Shown: in pieces, positions 28,615 through 40,433 of the stretch | How positions within the stretch are numbered: the stretch's first letter is position 1 | Layout: every line of letters begins with the position of its first letter | From: an uncultured Thiomicrospira sp. | GTDB lineage: Bacteria; Pseudomonadota; Gammaproteobacteria; CAKMZV01 | DNA: 64,000 nucleotides | Assembly: GCA_965195345.1 (NCBI GenBank) | Contig: OZ239628.1 | Location: forward strand, 928,001-992,000 | Direction: 5' to 3' | The notes under the pieces: model-generated | Told to the model about the DNA's origin: nothing | What the model saw: the letters and a program-made list of their open reading frames with translations, nothing else | The model's database searches: none | Translations under genes and position numbers: made by a program

Positions 28615-29806
28615 TTCCCTTCGCTTGAATAGCTCGTTCTTCAAGCACAGCTACAGCAGGCAAAACCTTGCCCTCAAGGAACTCTAAAAAAGCACCTCCT
28701 CCTGTAGAAATGTATGAAATTTTATCGGATACTTGAAACTTTTCTATGGCAGCTAAAGTATCGCCACCACCTGCAATTGAAAAGGCATTCGATTCTGCAA
28801 TTGCTTGAGCGATTGCTTTTGTTCCGTTAGAAAAATTCTCAAATTCAAACACACCTAATGGTCCGTTCCAAACGATTGTGGCAGCTTCAGAAATAAGTTT
28901 GCAAAGTTTTTGAGTGCTTTTGGGCCCAAAATCAAGAATCATATCGTCAGGTTCAATGTTTGAGAGTACTTTTGTTGAAGATTTGGAATTTTCTGAAAAC
29001 TCTTTGGCCGTCACAACATCTTCAGGAATGGGTATCACCGCACCGTTTGCTGAGCAGGAGTTGATTAAATTTTTAGCAACAGTAATCAAATCATCCTCAC
29101 ACAACGATTTGCCGATTTCATGACCACTTGATTTAATGAAAGTGTTAGCGATTCCTCCACCAACAATTAACTGGTCACAAATAGTCGACAAAGATTCAAG
29201 CACGTTTAATTTGCTAGAAACTTTAGCCCCTCCAACAATGGCTAACATGGGGTGGGCAGGTTCTTTCAAAGATTTTCTCAACGCTTCTAATTCATTTACC
29301 AGTAGTGGTCCTGCACAAGAAATTGGTGCATACTTTGCTACACCACAGGTTGAAGCTTGTGCTCGATGAGCTGTTCCAAAAGCATCCATCACGAACACAT
29401 CACATAAGTTTGCCATTTTTTTCGAAAGCAAATCGTCATTGCTTTTTTCGCCGCAGTTAAATCGAACGTTTTCGAACAAAACTACTTCACCATTCATCAC
29501 TTCAAAGTCAGTATCAATCCAATCTCGAATCAAACGAACTTTTCTATCAAGTAATTTACTTAAGTGATCAGCTATCGGTTGCAATGAAGCATTAATATCA
29601 AATGATCCCTCACAAGGACGCCCCAAATGAGACATTAGCATAACTTTAGCATTGTGCTTAAGTGCGCGATTAATAGTTGGAATACTAGCAAGGATACGAG
29701 CATCAGAATTTATTTTCCCATTTTTTATAGGGACATTTAAATCTTGACGAATCAATACACGCTTATGGGCAAGATCCACATCGTGCATTTGTAAAACGTT
29801 AATCAT
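28598..29806 (-). CDS. pgk: phosphoglycerate kinase
   Basis: [53 protein letters not shown]. Confidence 0.98.
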   Translation of the reverse strand: MINVLQMHDVDLAHKRVLIRQDLNVPIKNGKINSDARILASIPTINRALKHNAKVMLMSHLGRPCEGSFDINASLQPIADHLSKLLDRKVRLIRDWIDTDFEVMNGEVVLFENVRFNCGEKSNDDLLSKKMANLCDVFVMDAFGTAHRAQASTCGVAKYAPISCAGPLLVNELEALRKSLKEPAHPMLAIVGGAKVSSKLNVLESLSTICDQLIVGGGIANTFIKSSGHEIGKSLCEDDLITVAKNLINSCSANGAVIPIPEDVVTAKEFSENSKSSTKVLSNIEPDDMILDFGPKSTQKLCKLISEAATIVWNGPLGVFEFENFSNGTKAIAQAIAESNAFSIAGGGDTLAAIEKFQVSDKISYISTGGGAFLEFLEGKVLPAVAVLEERAIQAKGNVSTN

Positions 29807-29816
29807 GATCAAATGA

Positions 29817-30815
29817 TTATTGCATTATGTGGTTTGCAAGTCTTAGTAAGTTACAAGTGTAACCGTATTCGTTGTCATACCAAGATACCACCTTAACGAA
29901 GGTCGTATCAAGTGCTATTCCTGCTTTTGCATCGAAAATTGAAGCTGCATTGCAGTCACGAAAATCAGTGGCAACCACCATTTCATCAGTATATTCCAGC
30001 GTGCCCTTCATCGTGCCCATAGACGCTGTTTGCATCGCTTTGCAGATTGCTTCATAGCTTGCTTCTCGTTCAAGCTCAACGGTTAAATCAATGACCGATA
30101 CGTCAGAAGTTGGTACACGAAAAGCCATTCCTGTAAGCTTACCATTGAGTTCCGGCAGAACTACCCCAACGGCTTTTGCTGCCCCAGTTGACGAAGGGAT
30201 TATGTTCTCTAACATTCCTCGACCGCCTCTCCAATCTTTCGCAGAAGGTCCATCAACAGTTTTTTGCGTTGCAGTGACAGCATGTACTGTAGTCATTAGA
30301 CCGCGTTTTAGTCCCCAGTTGTCATTTAAGACTTTGGCAACGGGGGCAAGGCAATTAGTGGTACAAGAAGCGGCAGAAATGATTTTTTCACCTGCATACT
30401 TGTCGTGATTTACACCATAAACGAACATAGGTGTTGTGTCTTTAGATGGTGCTGATTGAATGACTTTTTTAGCGCCAGCTGCTATATGTGCTTTACAGCC
30501 TTCTTCAGTCAAAAAGAATCCAGTTGAGTCAATAACTAAGTCGACATCTATTTCATTCCATTTCAAATCTGCAGGATTACGCTCAGATGTTAAACGAATA
30601 TGTTCTCCGTCAATTACAAAGTGGTTACCATCCAGTCCAATTTCTTTATTGAAACGCCCGTGTACTGAATCGTATTTGAGCATATAAGCTAGATAGTCAT
30701 TTTCAAGTAAATCGTTAATTCCAACCACTTTTAAATGAGGAAATTCATTGTTAATAGCACGAAATATCATTCGTCCAATACGGCCAAATCCATTAATTCC
30801 AACTCTAATTGTCAT
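29817..30815 (-). CDS. gap: type I glyceraldehyde-3-phosphate dehydrogenase
   Basis: [31 protein letters not shown]. Confidence 0.98.
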   Translation of the reverse strand: MTIRVGINGFGRIGRMIFRAINNEFPHLKVVGINDLLENDYLAYMLKYDSVHGRFNKEIGLDGNHFVIDGEHIRLTSERNPADLKWNEIDVDLVIDSTGFFLTEEGCKAHIAAGAKKVIQSAPSKDTTPMFVYGVNHDKYAGEKIISAASCTTNCLAPVAKVLNDNWGLKRGLMTTVHAVTATQKTVDGPSAKDWRGGRGMLENIIPSSTGAAKAVGVVLPELNGKLTGMAFRVPTSDVSVIDLTVELEREASYEAICKAMQTASMGTMKGTLEYTDEMVVATDFRDCNAASIFDAKAGIALDTTFVKVVSWYDNEYGYTCNLLRLANHIMQ

Positions 30816-30828
30816 TCTTATCTCCTGT

Positions 30829-32823
30829 TTAATTTATACTTATTTGTTGATGAACCGCTGCAGTTACAGCATTTTTGTTAAATCCGAAATGTTCAAATAC
30901 ATCAGAAGCAGGCGCAGACTCTCCAAAGGTACTGATGCTTATAATTGCACCCGTCAGTCCAACGTATTGAGCCCATCCTCTGCCTACTCCTGCTTCAATC
31001 GCTACCCGAGCGGTGATTGAAGGAGGAATAACCTGTTCTTTGTAGCTTTTCGATTGGCTGTCAAATGCATCTTGAGAGGGCATGGAGACCACTTGAACAG
31101 AAATATTTTCAGCTTCTAGTAATTCAGCCGCTTGCATCGCTAATTGAACTTCTGATCCAGTACTTATAATAAGTGCATCAGTGCCGTCACGTAAAATATA
31201 AGCTCCTTTTTCTATATTGTTTAGTTGGCTATCGTTACGCGACCAGCAAGGCAAGGCTTGGCGTGAAAAACACAGTGCTGCAGGCCCATTTTTGCGCTCA
31301 ATTGCGACTTTCCAAGCAACAGCTGATTCAACACTATCACAAGGGCGCCAAACGCTTAAATTGGGTGTGCACCTTAAACTTTCTAACTGCTCAACGGGTT
31401 GGTGCGTTGGACCGTCTTCTCCTAAACCGACCGAATCATGAGTGTAAACAAAAATGCTTCTTTGCTTCATCAAAGCACACATACGAACCGCATTGCGAGC
31501 GTATTCCATAAACATAAGGAAAGTGCCTCCAAATGGAATGAATCCTCCATGCAAAGCAATGCCGTTCATGATTGCTGACATACCAAATTCACGCACACCA
31601 TAGTTTATGTAATTGCCATCAACGTTTTCATGAATTGGCTTTGAATATGAGCAGATAGTTAAATTAGAATGTGTAAGATCTGCAGAGCCACCTATCAATT
31701 CTGGTAAAAGAGAAGAGAGCTCTTCAATCGCATTTTGAGAGGCTTTTCGAGTGGCAATTTTTTCTGACTTTTGTTGCGTTTTTTTAATATACTCTGAGAA
31801 GTTTTGAGAAAAAGAGTCAGGCAATGTTCCTTCCATCCGTCTATTCAGCTGCGTCGCCAGATCAGGATATTTTTTCCCGTATTGGATGAATAATTCGTCC
31901 CATTCTTTATTTAAAGAAGCTCCTTGTTTTTGACAATCCCAAGCATCATAAATTTCTTTAGGAATATGAAAAGGCGGATGTTCCCAATTCATGTTTTTTC
32001 GGGTCTTTGCATTTTCTTCTGCACCAAGAGGAGCACCATGCACACCTTCACTTCCTTGTTTATTAGGAGAACCTTTACCAATGATTGTGCGGGTGCAAAT
32101 CAAAACAGGTTTATCAACGATGCTTTTGGCTTCGTTGATGGCGTTTTCAATGGATTCTGTATTATGACCATCGACATTGCGAATAACATGCCAACCATAT
32201 GCTTCAAACCGTTTTGGCGTGTCTTCAGAAAACCAGCCAGCGACAGATCCATCAATTGAGATACCATTATCATCCCAAATAACTTTAAGTTTTCCCAGCC
32301 CGAGAGTACCTGCCAAAGAACAAACTTCGTGCGAAATTCCTTCCATTAAGCAGCCATCACCAACGATTGTCCATGTGTTGTGATTTATAACCTCGATATC
32401 TGGACGATTAAATTGAGCAGCTAATGAACGTTCAGCAATTGCCATTCCTACAGCATTGCTTAGTCCTTGTCCAAGCGGTCCAGTAGTCGTTTCAACGCCT
32501 TCAGTATATCCATACTCTGGATGCCCAGGCGTTTTAGAATGCAACTGACGGAATTGTTTTAAATCATCTATAGATAATTTGTATCCACTCAAATGTAAAA
32601 GAGAATAAATGAGCATTGAACCATGTCCGTTTGACAATATAAAACGATCTCTATTCGCCCAGTTTGGATTTTTTGGATTGTGTCTAAGATGTCTGCGCCA
32701 TAATACTTCAGCTATATCAGCCATGCCCATTGGCGCTCCAGGATGCCCTGAATTTGCAGTGTCAATAGCATCAATACTTAAAGCTCTAATGGCATTGGCA
32801 CAATGTAGATTAGTTGGTTTCAT
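30829..32823 (-). CDS. tkt: transketolase
   Basis: [52 protein letters not shown]. Confidence 0.98.
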   Translation of the reverse strand: MKPTNLHCANAIRALSIDAIDTANSGHPGAPMGMADIAEVLWRRHLRHNPKNPNWANRDRFILSNGHGSMLIYSLLHLSGYKLSIDDLKQFRQLHSKTPGHPEYGYTEGVETTTGPLGQGLSNAVGMAIAERSLAAQFNRPDIEVINHNTWTIVGDGCLMEGISHEVCSLAGTLGLGKLKVIWDDNGISIDGSVAGWFSEDTPKRFEAYGWHVIRNVDGHNTESIENAINEAKSIVDKPVLICTRTIIGKGSPNKQGSEGVHGAPLGAEENAKTRKNMNWEHPPFHIPKEIYDAWDCQKQGASLNKEWDELFIQYGKKYPDLATQLNRRMEGTLPDSFSQNFSEYIKKTQQKSEKIATRKASQNAIEELSSLLPELIGGSADLTHSNLTICSYSKPIHENVDGNYINYGVREFGMSAIMNGIALHGGFIPFGGTFLMFMEYARNAVRMCALMKQRSIFVYTHDSVGLGEDGPTHQPVEQLESLRCTPNLSVWRPCDSVESAVAWKVAIERKNGPAALCFSRQALPCWSRNDSQLNNIEKGAYILRDGTDALIISTGSEVQLAMQAAELLEAENISVQVVSMPSQDAFDSQSKSYKEQVIPPSITARVAIEAGVGRGWAQYVGLTGAIISISTFGESAPASDVFEHFGFNKNAVTAAVHQQISIN

Positions 32824-33063
32824 TTATTTTATTAATTGAAATTTTAGAAGCATCTGTGCTCGCGTATATACTGGAATTAAATAAAAAAACTCGCAGTCTT
32901 CACAGGATTTAAGTAACTCATCAAGTCTTTAATATTATCCCACTTTTAACAATCGAATGTAATTATAAATTACTCAATTTATTAGAGGCTTACCTCAGGT
33001 TGACTTGTCAATTTGATGATACACTTAATGCTTTGTTTTTGAAGAATCTAAATGTAAATTTTT

Positions 33064-33705
33064 ATGCACGAAGATGTAGAAAAATCTAAATTGACTGCAC
33101 GAACCAGTCGCAAATTATATCCTGTGAGCGATGCATCCCTTACGCCGTTTCAAAAAATAGCACAACGAGGCTCTCTGGAACGTGTAAAACTGTTAAACAC
33201 TCTCAGAGGAGGTTGTGACTTAATGCAGTATAGAGATAAGAGTAGTAATAAGAATAAACGGCTAAGAGAAGCAAGAATTCTTAAATCTTTGTGTCGACTA
33301 AGTAAAACAAAATTGATTATTAATGATGATTGGCGATTATGTCGAAGAATAGCAGCTGATGGAGTGCACCTTGGCAAAGATGATGCACGGATCAGGCAAG
33401 TTAGAAATGCATTATCTTCTAAGTGTGTATTAGGTGTCTCTTGCTACGATCAGTCAATTAGGGCTGCTGAAGCTCTTAGGCAAGGCGCTGATTATGTGGC
33501 TTTTGGAGCGCTTTATGATTCAGCTATTAAACCAAATGCAATAAAAGCGAACCTTAAGGTTCTAAGGATGGGTTCAAAACTGTGTAAAGGGAAAAAGTAC
33601 ACTGTTGGAATTGGCGGTATTAATCAAAAAAACTTGCCTAATGTGATACGTGCAGGTGCACGATATGCAGCAATGATCTCTGCTTTTTGGACTACTTTTG
33701 AATAA
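33064..33705 (+). CDS. thiE: thiamine-phosphate synthase
   Basis: QYRDK, IINDD, DGVHLG..D, GVSCY, DYVAFG, S..KP, IGGI. Confidence 0.85.
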   Translation: MHEDVEKSKLTARTSRKLYPVSDASLTPFQKIAQRGSLERVKLLNTLRGGCDLMQYRDKSSNKNKRLREARILKSLCRLSKTKLIINDDWRLCRRIAADGVHLGKDDARIRQVRNALSSKCVLGVSCYDQSIRAAEALRQGADYVAFGALYDSAIKPNAIKANLKVLRMGSKLCKGKKYTVGIGGINQKNLPNVIRAGARYAAMISAFWTTFE

Positions 33706-33916
33706 TGAAATGCCACTGACCATCAATTTCTTCAACGGATACTAAAGTATGATTATTTTGCCTACATAAGGTAGGTATATCGTACTTTGATCCTGGGTCT
33801 GTGCTGATTAATTTAAGAGTCTGCCCTTCAGAAATTTGCAGCATCCCTTGCTTAGCACGAAGCGTTGGCATAGGACACATTAAGCCTGCAGCGTCAACGG
33901 TTAGATCTGTTTTCAT
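33692..33916 (-). CDS. tusA: sulfur carrier TusA/SirA family
   Basis: DA.GL.CPMP, TDPGS..DI. Confidence 0.88.
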   Translation of the reverse strand: MKTDLTVDAAGLMCPMPTLRAKQGMLQISEGQTLKLISTDPGSKYDIPTLCRQNNHTLVSVEEIDGQWHFIIQK

Positions 33917-33925
33917 ATGTTAATT

Positions 33926-35188
33926 TTAGAGATGTTTGACTAGTTCGTCAGCAAATTCAGATGTGCTAACTTCAACAGCCCCTTCCATCAAACGGGCGAA
34001 GTCGTAAGTGACACGTTTTGCTTGGATTGCAGAAGACATAGCATTTACAACCAAATCAGCAGCTTCAACCCACTGCATATGACGAAGCATCATTTCTGCA
34101 GATAAAATTAATGACCCAGGGTTTACTTTGTTTAATCCCGCATATTTCGGTGCTGTTCCGTGAGTGGCTTCGAATAATCCGATTTGATCGGATAAATTAG
34201 CACCAGGGGCAATTCCTAATCCGCCAACTTGAGCGGCAAGCGCGTCTGAAATATAATCGCCATTTAAATTAAGCGTAGCAATAACGTCGTATTCTTGAGG
34301 TCTTAGAATAATTTGCTGTAAAAATGCGTCTGCTATAACATCTTTAATAATTATGGTTTTACCATTATTAGGGTTTTTCATCTCCATCCATGGACCGCCA
34401 TTTATAGGCGTTGCATTGAATTCATCTTTCGCAACAGCATACCCCCAGTCTTTGAATGCTCCTTCTGTGAATTTCATGATGTTGCCTTTATGAACTATAG
34501 TCATGGAAGGGCGATCATTGTCAATGGTATATTGAATCGCACGTCGAATAAAGCGTTTCGTTCCTTCTTCAGATACGGGTTTTATGCCGATGCTTGAAGA
34601 GTCGGGAAAACGAATTTGATTCACATTCATTTCATTTCGTAAAAAATCAATCACTTTTTTTACTTCAGGAGAATGCGCTTGCCACTCAATGCCAGCATAA
34701 ATATCTTCCGCATTTTCACGAAAGATGACCATGTCGGTATGTTCTGGATTTTTTAGATTCGACGGGGTTCCTTCAAAATATTGCACAGGGCGCACACAAA
34801 TGTATAGATCAAGAATCTGACGCATAGCAACATTCAGGGAACGAATTCCTCCGCCTACTGGTGTAGTTAAAGGTCCCTTTATTGTCACATGATACTGGCG
34901 CAGGGCTTCTATGGTTTCATCAGGCAACCAGACATCTTCTCCGTACACTTCGGTGGCTTTCTCGCCCGCATAAATTTCCATCCAATGAATTTTACGTTTG
35001 CCGTTGTAAGATTTTTGTACAGCAGCATCGATCACCTTTTTCATCGCTGGAGTAATGTCAACTCCAATGCCATCACCTTCAATAAAAGGAATTATTGGTT
35101 CATCAGGAATGTTTAAAGAATTATCTTTATTAAGAGTGATTTTTTCTCCTAATGCGGGTGGTTTTATTTTGTCAAACATGTTTTGCAT
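33926..35188 (-). CDS. icd: isocitrate dehydrogenase (NADP-type)
   Basis: [55 protein letters not shown]. Confidence 0.97.
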   Translation of the reverse strand: MQNMFDKIKPPALGEKITLNKDNSLNIPDEPIIPFIEGDGIGVDITPAMKKVIDAAVQKSYNGKRKIHWMEIYAGEKATEVYGEDVWLPDETIEALRQYHVTIKGPLTTPVGGGIRSLNVAMRQILDLYICVRPVQYFEGTPSNLKNPEHTDMVIFRENAEDIYAGIEWQAHSPEVKKVIDFLRNEMNVNQIRFPDSSSIGIKPVSEEGTKRFIRRAIQYTIDNDRPSMTIVHKGNIMKFTEGAFKDWGYAVAKDEFNATPINGGPWMEMKNPNNGKTIIIKDVIADAFLQQIILRPQEYDVIATLNLNGDYISDALAAQVGGLGIAPGANLSDQIGLFEATHGTAPKYAGLNKVNPGSLILSAEMMLRHMQWVEAADLVVNAMSSAIQAKRVTYDFARLMEGAVEVSTSEFADELVKHL

Positions 35189-35377
35189 CGGTGGTATGTG
35201 TTATCTGTGCTCGAAGTGATAGAAATAATTCAAATAAATCTACGTAGTGAACGGTTATTTAAGGTGAAAATGTGAGCGAATTCTACCATATTACAGGTGG
35301 GTTTCATAATCAATTGCAATTTGCGTATGACAACAATTGAGCAGATTGATTCGGCGAATTCTTGCAAAGAAGATAAA

Positions 35378-35983
35378 TCATGAAACCTTTGAATCTAGTT
35401 TTTCTTCCTTGCTTAAAAGTCTTTGGATATTGCTTCGATGTTGCCAAATGATAATTATGCTAAGTATGCTGAGTAAGACAATAGTTTTTAAATTATTTCC
35501 AAATAACCACGCATAAAAGGGCGTTAAAAATATTGCAATAATTGCGGACAAAGAAGATATTTTAAAAAACTTGGCTATGATTAGCCATGTTAATGCGGAT
35601 GCAATTGCGGTTGCAGGGAAAAACAAATTCCAAGCAAATAATGCTCCGTAATAAGTTGCCACACCTTTCCCCCCCTTAAAATTGAAAAATATTGGATATA
35701 TGTGTCCTAATACGATTGCAATAGTAAGCACCAATAAATGATGAGGCGCGAAGTATCCGAAAAGATGAGCGATTAAAATAAATAAGAATCCTTTAAGTAA
35801 ATCTCCGATCAAAGTGAATAGCGCTGCTTTTTTATTACCCATGCGCAAAACATTAGTAGCCCCAGGATTTTTGGAGCCATTTTCACGAGGATCAGCTAAT
35901 CCCATACTTCTGCAGACGATGATAGCACTCGATAAAGAACCGATGAGATAGGCGAAAAAAGACCAAATGAGCAGTTCAATCAT
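35378..35983 (-). CDS. plsY: glycerol-3-phosphate acyltransferase
   Basis: [38 protein letters not shown]. Confidence 0.95.
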   Translation of the reverse strand: MIELLIWSFFAYLIGSLSSAIIVCRSMGLADPRENGSKNPGATNVLRMGNKKAALFTLIGDLLKGFLFILIAHLFGYFAPHHLLVLTIAIVLGHIYPIFFNFKGGKGVATYYGALFAWNLFFPATAIASALTWLIIAKFFKISSLSAIIAIFLTPFYAWLFGNNLKTIVLLSILSIIIIWQHRSNIQRLLSKEEKLDSKVS

Positions 35984-36471
35984 GTTTTCCCTATGTGTTT
36001 GAAATGTCCTGATTTACCGCCACTTTTTTCGAGCAAAAAAATAGAGTCAATAATCATTCCACGATCCACAGCTTTACACATGTCGTATAGAGTAAGCGCA
36101 GCAACGGTAGCAGCCGTTAGAGCCTCCATTTCAACACCAGTTTGTCCATTAACTGTGCATGTTGCCTTAATGTCAACTCCACAGAAAGCATCTTCATGCA
36201 CTGTGTATAAATCAATTTTCACTGTAGATAGATTGAGTTGATGACACATAGGAATAAGTGAGTCCGTTCGTTTGGCTGCCATAATGCCTGCAATGCGAGC
36301 AGTTGAAAACACATCGCCTTTTTTATGAGATCCGTCCTTAATCATTGTTAGAGTCTCTGGACGCATTGAGATTCGAGCACCGGCCACAGCAATTCGAGTG
36401 GTTACTTCTTTGTCTCCAATGTCAACCATTCGTGCTATACCGCTTGAATCAAGGTGTGAGAGTTTGTTCAT
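35980..36471 (-). CDS. moaC: cyclic pyranopterin monophosphate synthase
   Basis: [42 protein letters not shown]. Confidence 0.97.
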   Translation of the reverse strand: MNKLSHLDSSGIARMVDIGDKEVTTRIAVAGARISMRPETLTMIKDGSHKKGDVFSTARIAGIMAAKRTDSLIPMCHQLNLSTVKIDLYTVHEDAFCGVDIKATCTVNGQTGVEMEALTAATVAALTLYDMCKAVDRGMIIDSIFLLEKSGGKSGHFKHIGKT

Positions 36472-36791
36472 AGTATATTTATTGTACGCCTTATGCTTGG
36501 TTTGCTGGGTGGCGGCTAATTAAATTCATTCAAGTCAGCATTCTGTAAATGTTCTGTTAATATTATTATTTGCGAACTGCTCTTATTGAAACCAAGCAAA
36601 CTGTTATTATGTAAACTTTTATATTGTGAGAACTTTGTTCATTATAAAACAATTATGTTGTTTGACCGAAGGGACAAGACTTAGTTATTATAAAGAGCTC
36701 TAATACATGAGTAAAATATTGTACCTATTAGATAGTATTTCTGAATAAGCTATAATCTACACTCTAAAACACAATATAGAACCATCATCTC

Positions 36792-37439
36792 ATGTTGGAA
36801 AGTATCTCAAATTTTTTATTGTTGGCTCATATTGTTGCCGGATCTACTGCGCTTATTGCAGGTTTTGTGGCTGTAGGAGCACAGTTTTTTAAGGCACAAC
36901 ACAAGGTACATCAAGTCAGTGGTCAATTTTTTTTCTGGAGTATGGTTGTTATTTTTATAACGGCATTTTTTCTTTCCCTCCTTACTTCCAATTTATTTTT
37001 ATTTTTAATTGCTCTGTTTAGTTTCTACTTAGCATTGTCGGGATATTGTTTTGCTAAAAACAGAAAAGGTTTGCCAAAAAGAATGGACTGGATAAGAGTT
37101 GGCTCAATGCTATTAGTGGGGGTGGTGATGTTTATTTATGGTGTTTTTTTACTCATGCATCACGAAGAAAATGGCGTGACGATGCTTGCTTTTGCGTGTA
37201 TCAGTATTGGATTGGCGTCCACAGACTTACGTTATTTACTGTCTCAGAATGTTAACATGGCACAACGCATAAGTAGGCACTTAACAATGATGCTGGCAGC
37301 GTTTATAGCAACAATCACGGCTTTTGTAGTGGTGAATTTTAATTTTGAACCCGCATGGGTTTTATGGTTAGCGCCAACGGTTGTGGTTACTCCTGTTATT
37401 GTTTATTGGAATCGCAAAGTGCTAGGAAAGAAAGTGTGA
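36792..37439 (+). CDS. polytopic membrane protein with conserved His residues (DUF2306-like)
   Basis: About 7 TM segments; HI.AG, H...G..F, RH...M...IA..TAF. Confidence 0.6.
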   Translation: MLESISNFLLLAHIVAGSTALIAGFVAVGAQFFKAQHKVHQVSGQFFFWSMVVIFITAFFLSLLTSNLFLFLIALFSFYLALSGYCFAKNRKGLPKRMDWIRVGSMLLVGVVMFIYGVFLLMHHEENGVTMLAFACISIGLASTDLRYLLSQNVNMAQRISRHLTMMLAAFIATITAFVVVNFNFEPAWVLWLAPTVVVTPVIVYWNRKVLGKKV

Positions 37440-37677
37440 AACCCTATAGAGAGTAAAATTCTCTGTCGAAAGAACGATTATTTTTTCTGTAACTTCGCTC
37501 ACTTGCGCCGCAGTCTAAGAGAAGTATTTTCGTAGCAACTGAGTTGTAAAGGAATTGATATTTTAAGACGACAAAATACTTAAAATTGACAAGCTTGTTA
37601 TTGGAGAGGTTAAGGTTGAAGCGATTTTTTTAATCAGTTATCTATCGGATAAATCTGAATGCTTCCATCTTCAACGC

Positions 37678-37797
37678 TAGTACCCACTTAGCGCCTCGTA
37701 CCTTCGGTGATTATATTAACATTTGCAACGTCAAGTCTCAATTGCCTCCTTTGCATCTGCTAAAGGCATAAACCAGTAAGAAAAGGATTCTGCAAAT
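37678..37797 (-). mobile_element. scar of an IS3-family transposase C-terminus
   Basis: Manual translation FAESFSYWFMPLADAKEAIET*RCKC*YNHRRYEALSGY* resembles the IS3 motif WF..L..A...IE.WR..YN..R.H..LGY. Confidence 0.55.
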
Positions 37798-37801
37798 AAA
37801 T

Positions 37802-38947
37802 TTATCGTATGCTTCGATAAACTTGCATTGATTCAGGTTTAGTAAAAACTAACTGCCACAATTGTCCGTATCTGCTTCGAAAGAAACCAGCACTCAATAA
37901 AAGATAATAGCGCCACATCCGATAAAAAGGTTCACTGTAGTTGTCTTTAATGTCAGGCCAACTGTCTTCAAATTGTTGATGCCAAACCATTAGTGTTTTG
38001 TCGTAATCGGGGCCAAAATTATGCCAATCTTCTAATCGCAAAAGATGACGGCTGTGTGCGTTTATTACTCCTCTATCGGGTAGCCTGCCGTTAGGGAAAA
38101 TATATTTTTCAATAAAACGATCTGAAGATTTTGAGTCGTCCTCTATCCCTATAGTATGTAGTAAGAACAAACCATCCTCTTTTAATAATTGACTTGCTGT
38201 GGAAAAATAGGTCGGATAGTTTTTAATGCCCACGTGCTCAAACATACCTACAGAAACGACTCTATCGTATTGCCCTTTAAGATTGCGATAGTCTTCCAAC
38301 AAGATTTTTACAGGCAGACCTTGTGCACGTTTTTCAGCCAATAATTTTTGTTCTTTTGAGATGGTTATTCCGACGACATCAACGTTATAATTCTTTGCCA
38401 TAAAAGTAGCTAATCCACCCCAACCGCAACCGATATCAATAACACTCATGCCGCTTTCTAATTTTAGTTTACGACAAATCATGTCCATTTTGTCAATCTG
38501 TGCTTGCTCAAGGTTGTCTGCATTTTTCCAATATCCGCAACTGTAATTCATACTCGAATCAAGCATGCGCTCAAATAAATCATTACCTGTGTCATAATGA
38601 ATTTGACCAACTTTCCAGGCACGGCTTCGATTTTGTTTGTTAATCGCTTTGTCTAAAATGGCAGAATACGCTATTTTTAATTTGATTGATGGCGTCACGT
38701 ATTTATCAAGGCGAGCATGAAGAACGCGTGTAAAAAGTTGATCAAGACTTTCACAATCCCACCACCCATCTATATAGGCTTCGCCTAATCCTAACGACCC
38801 ATTAAGTGCTATTCGATTAAAAAGCCTGGTGTCATGGACTTGTATGTCCCAAGGATTAGAACCGTTAAAAGAAACATCTGCAAAAGCAAACAGTTCTTCG
38901 ATTTCTTTGAATCTTTTTTTTGTGGATTGGGTGTTTTCTAACGGCAT
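37802..38947 (-). CDS. cfa: cyclopropane-fatty-acyl-phospholipid synthase
   Basis: GSLGLGEAY.DGWW, HYD.GNDLF, YSCGYW, DIGCGWGG, SVGMFEHVG, YIFP.G. Confidence 0.95.
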   Translation of the reverse strand: MPLENTQSTKKRFKEIEELFAFADVSFNGSNPWDIQVHDTRLFNRIALNGSLGLGEAYIDGWWDCESLDQLFTRVLHARLDKYVTPSIKLKIAYSAILDKAINKQNRSRAWKVGQIHYDTGNDLFERMLDSSMNYSCGYWKNADNLEQAQIDKMDMICRKLKLESGMSVIDIGCGWGGLATFMAKNYNVDVVGITISKEQKLLAEKRAQGLPVKILLEDYRNLKGQYDRVVSVGMFEHVGIKNYPTYFSTASQLLKEDGLFLLHTIGIEDDSKSSDRFIEKYIFPNGRLPDRGVINAHSRHLLRLEDWHNFGPDYDKTLMVWHQQFEDSWPDIKDNYSEPFYRMWRYYLLLSAGFFRSRYGQLWQLVFTKPESMQVYRSIR

Positions 38948-39146
38948 AAAATAATTTCACTAATTTAATAAGCACTATGGTTTGGGGAATTCATTAAACT
39001 TTAACTACTACAGAATAAGAATCTGTATTGTATAAGGGGAAACGGGATTATAAATTTTTGTAACAGAATTATGCAATAATTTTTACGAAAACGGCAGGCT
39101 AATTGAATAGTGATACTTGAAGTGATTGGATGGCAGATGAGCGATA

Positions 39147-39932
39147 TCAGTTTTTCTCTAGTTTTGATATTTGCTCCCTTAGCTGTGTTAACTCTATGAG
39201 GATCTTTTTTTCAATTCCTTCGTGTACTTTGTTGTTTTCTTCTTCAAGAACTTTAATGATGATACCAATCATCATATTTAAAAACACGTACGCTGAAAAG
39301 AAAATGAAGGTAATGTAATAAATCCATGACAGTGGGTATACAGCCATAGTCTCATACATTATGTCGGTCCAGTCTTCAAAGGTCGAAACGCGGAATAAAG
39401 TCAATAAAGTTGAGCCAACATCATTCCATAAAAAGGGGTTGATTTCTGAAAATAATAAGCTGCCAATTACAGCATAGATATAGAAAATAACAAACATCAT
39501 TAGCGCTACATAAGACATACGAGGTATGGCTATCAACAATGCATCTACTAATACACGCAGTTGTGGAACAAAAGAGATTAAACGCATAACGCGGAAAAGC
39601 CTCAATAGTCGAGCTAAGAAAGCGAACTCGCTATTGTCCAGTGGCATCAAAGACGCGATGACAATTATCAAGTCAAACCAATTCCAACCTTTTTTGAAGA
39701 AATCAAGTATACGTTTTTCAGAAGCAATTCGGACGCTCAACTCGATAAGAAAAAAGATGGTTATTGACCAATCAAGTATTTCAATAACTCCCAGCCATGA
39801 TGGTTCTACTTCATAAGTGCGAGCGCCGACGGTAATTGAGCTGAGCAGAATAACTGAGATAACAGTCCATTCAAAAAGCTTGTTATCACGTAATTGAGTA
39901 AGTTTGTATCGCCAATCAGCAGCTTTAGTCAT
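39147..39932 (-). CDS. bacterial voltage-gated cation channel (BacNav-like)
   Basis: WN.FD in S3, S4 RLLRLFRVMRL, pore TLF..STFEDWTD, S6 FLNMMIG, C-terminal coiled coil. Confidence 0.9.
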   Translation of the reverse strand: MTKAADWRYKLTQLRDNKLFEWTVISVILLSSITVGARTYEVEPSWLGVIEILDWSITIFFLIELSVRIASEKRILDFFKKGWNWFDLIIVIASLMPLDNSEFAFLARLLRLFRVMRLISFVPQLRVLVDALLIAIPRMSYVALMMFVIFYIYAVIGSLLFSEINPFLWNDVGSTLLTLFRVSTFEDWTDIMYETMAVYPLSWIYYITFIFFSAYVFLNMMIGIIIKVLEEENNKVHEGIEKKILIELTQLREQISKLEKN

Positions 39933-40425
39933 TCAGAGTTATAGAATCAATGCTAATAGTTTCCTGAGGGACATCTTGGTGTCCGTTTTTTGAAGTTGTG
40001 GCGACTTCACCAATAGCCTCGACCACATCCAGTCCTGCAGTTACTTCACCAAAGACGCAGTATCCCCAACCTTGCATGTTTTCCCCCGAATGGTTTAGAA
40101 AATCGTTATCTGACAGATTTATAAAGAATTGAGAAGAGGCTGAATGTGGTTCCATTGTTCGAGCCATTGCGATGGTTCCTTTATTGTTCTTCAGTCCGTT
40201 ATTTGCTTCATTTTCAATGGACTCTTGCGTTGGAAGCTGTTTCATATCTGCATCCATCCCTCCACCTTGGATCATGAAGTTTTTGATCACTCTATGAAAA
40301 ATCGTACCATTGAAGTGTCCTTTTTCAAAGTAATTGATAAAATTAGCCACAGTTATAGGCGCTTTTTCTGCGTCAAGCTGAAGTGTAATGTCGCCTTTTG
40401 AAGTATGTAACGTTAAATTGGTCAT
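39925..40425 (-). CDS. ppiB: cyclophilin-type peptidyl-prolyl isomerase
   Basis: KAPITV.NF, FHRVI..FMIQGGG, AMART..PHSA.SQFFIN, GY.VFG. Confidence 0.92.
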   Translation of the reverse strand: MTNLTLHTSKGDITLQLDAEKAPITVANFINYFEKGHFNGTIFHRVIKNFMIQGGGMDADMKQLPTQESIENEANNGLKNNKGTIAMARTMEPHSASSQFFINLSDNDFLNHSGENMQGWGYCVFGEVTAGLDVVEAIGEVATTSKNGHQDVPQETISIDSITLND

Positions 40426-40433
40426 AGTTATCC

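Noticed and set aside
32824-33063. TPP riboswitch before thiE; TTGAC-TT-GTCAA palindrome as an FNR site
   Set aside because: No TPP core (CTGAGA...CCTGA) is visible; the palindrome spacing is 2 nt, not the 4 nt of FNR boxes
37620-37710. Lysine-riboswitch-like start (GAAGGTACGAGGCGC) or 6S-like RNA on the minus strand
   Set aside because: Downstream conserved elements are missing, there is no downstream gene on that strand, and the segment is better explained by the IS3 fragment
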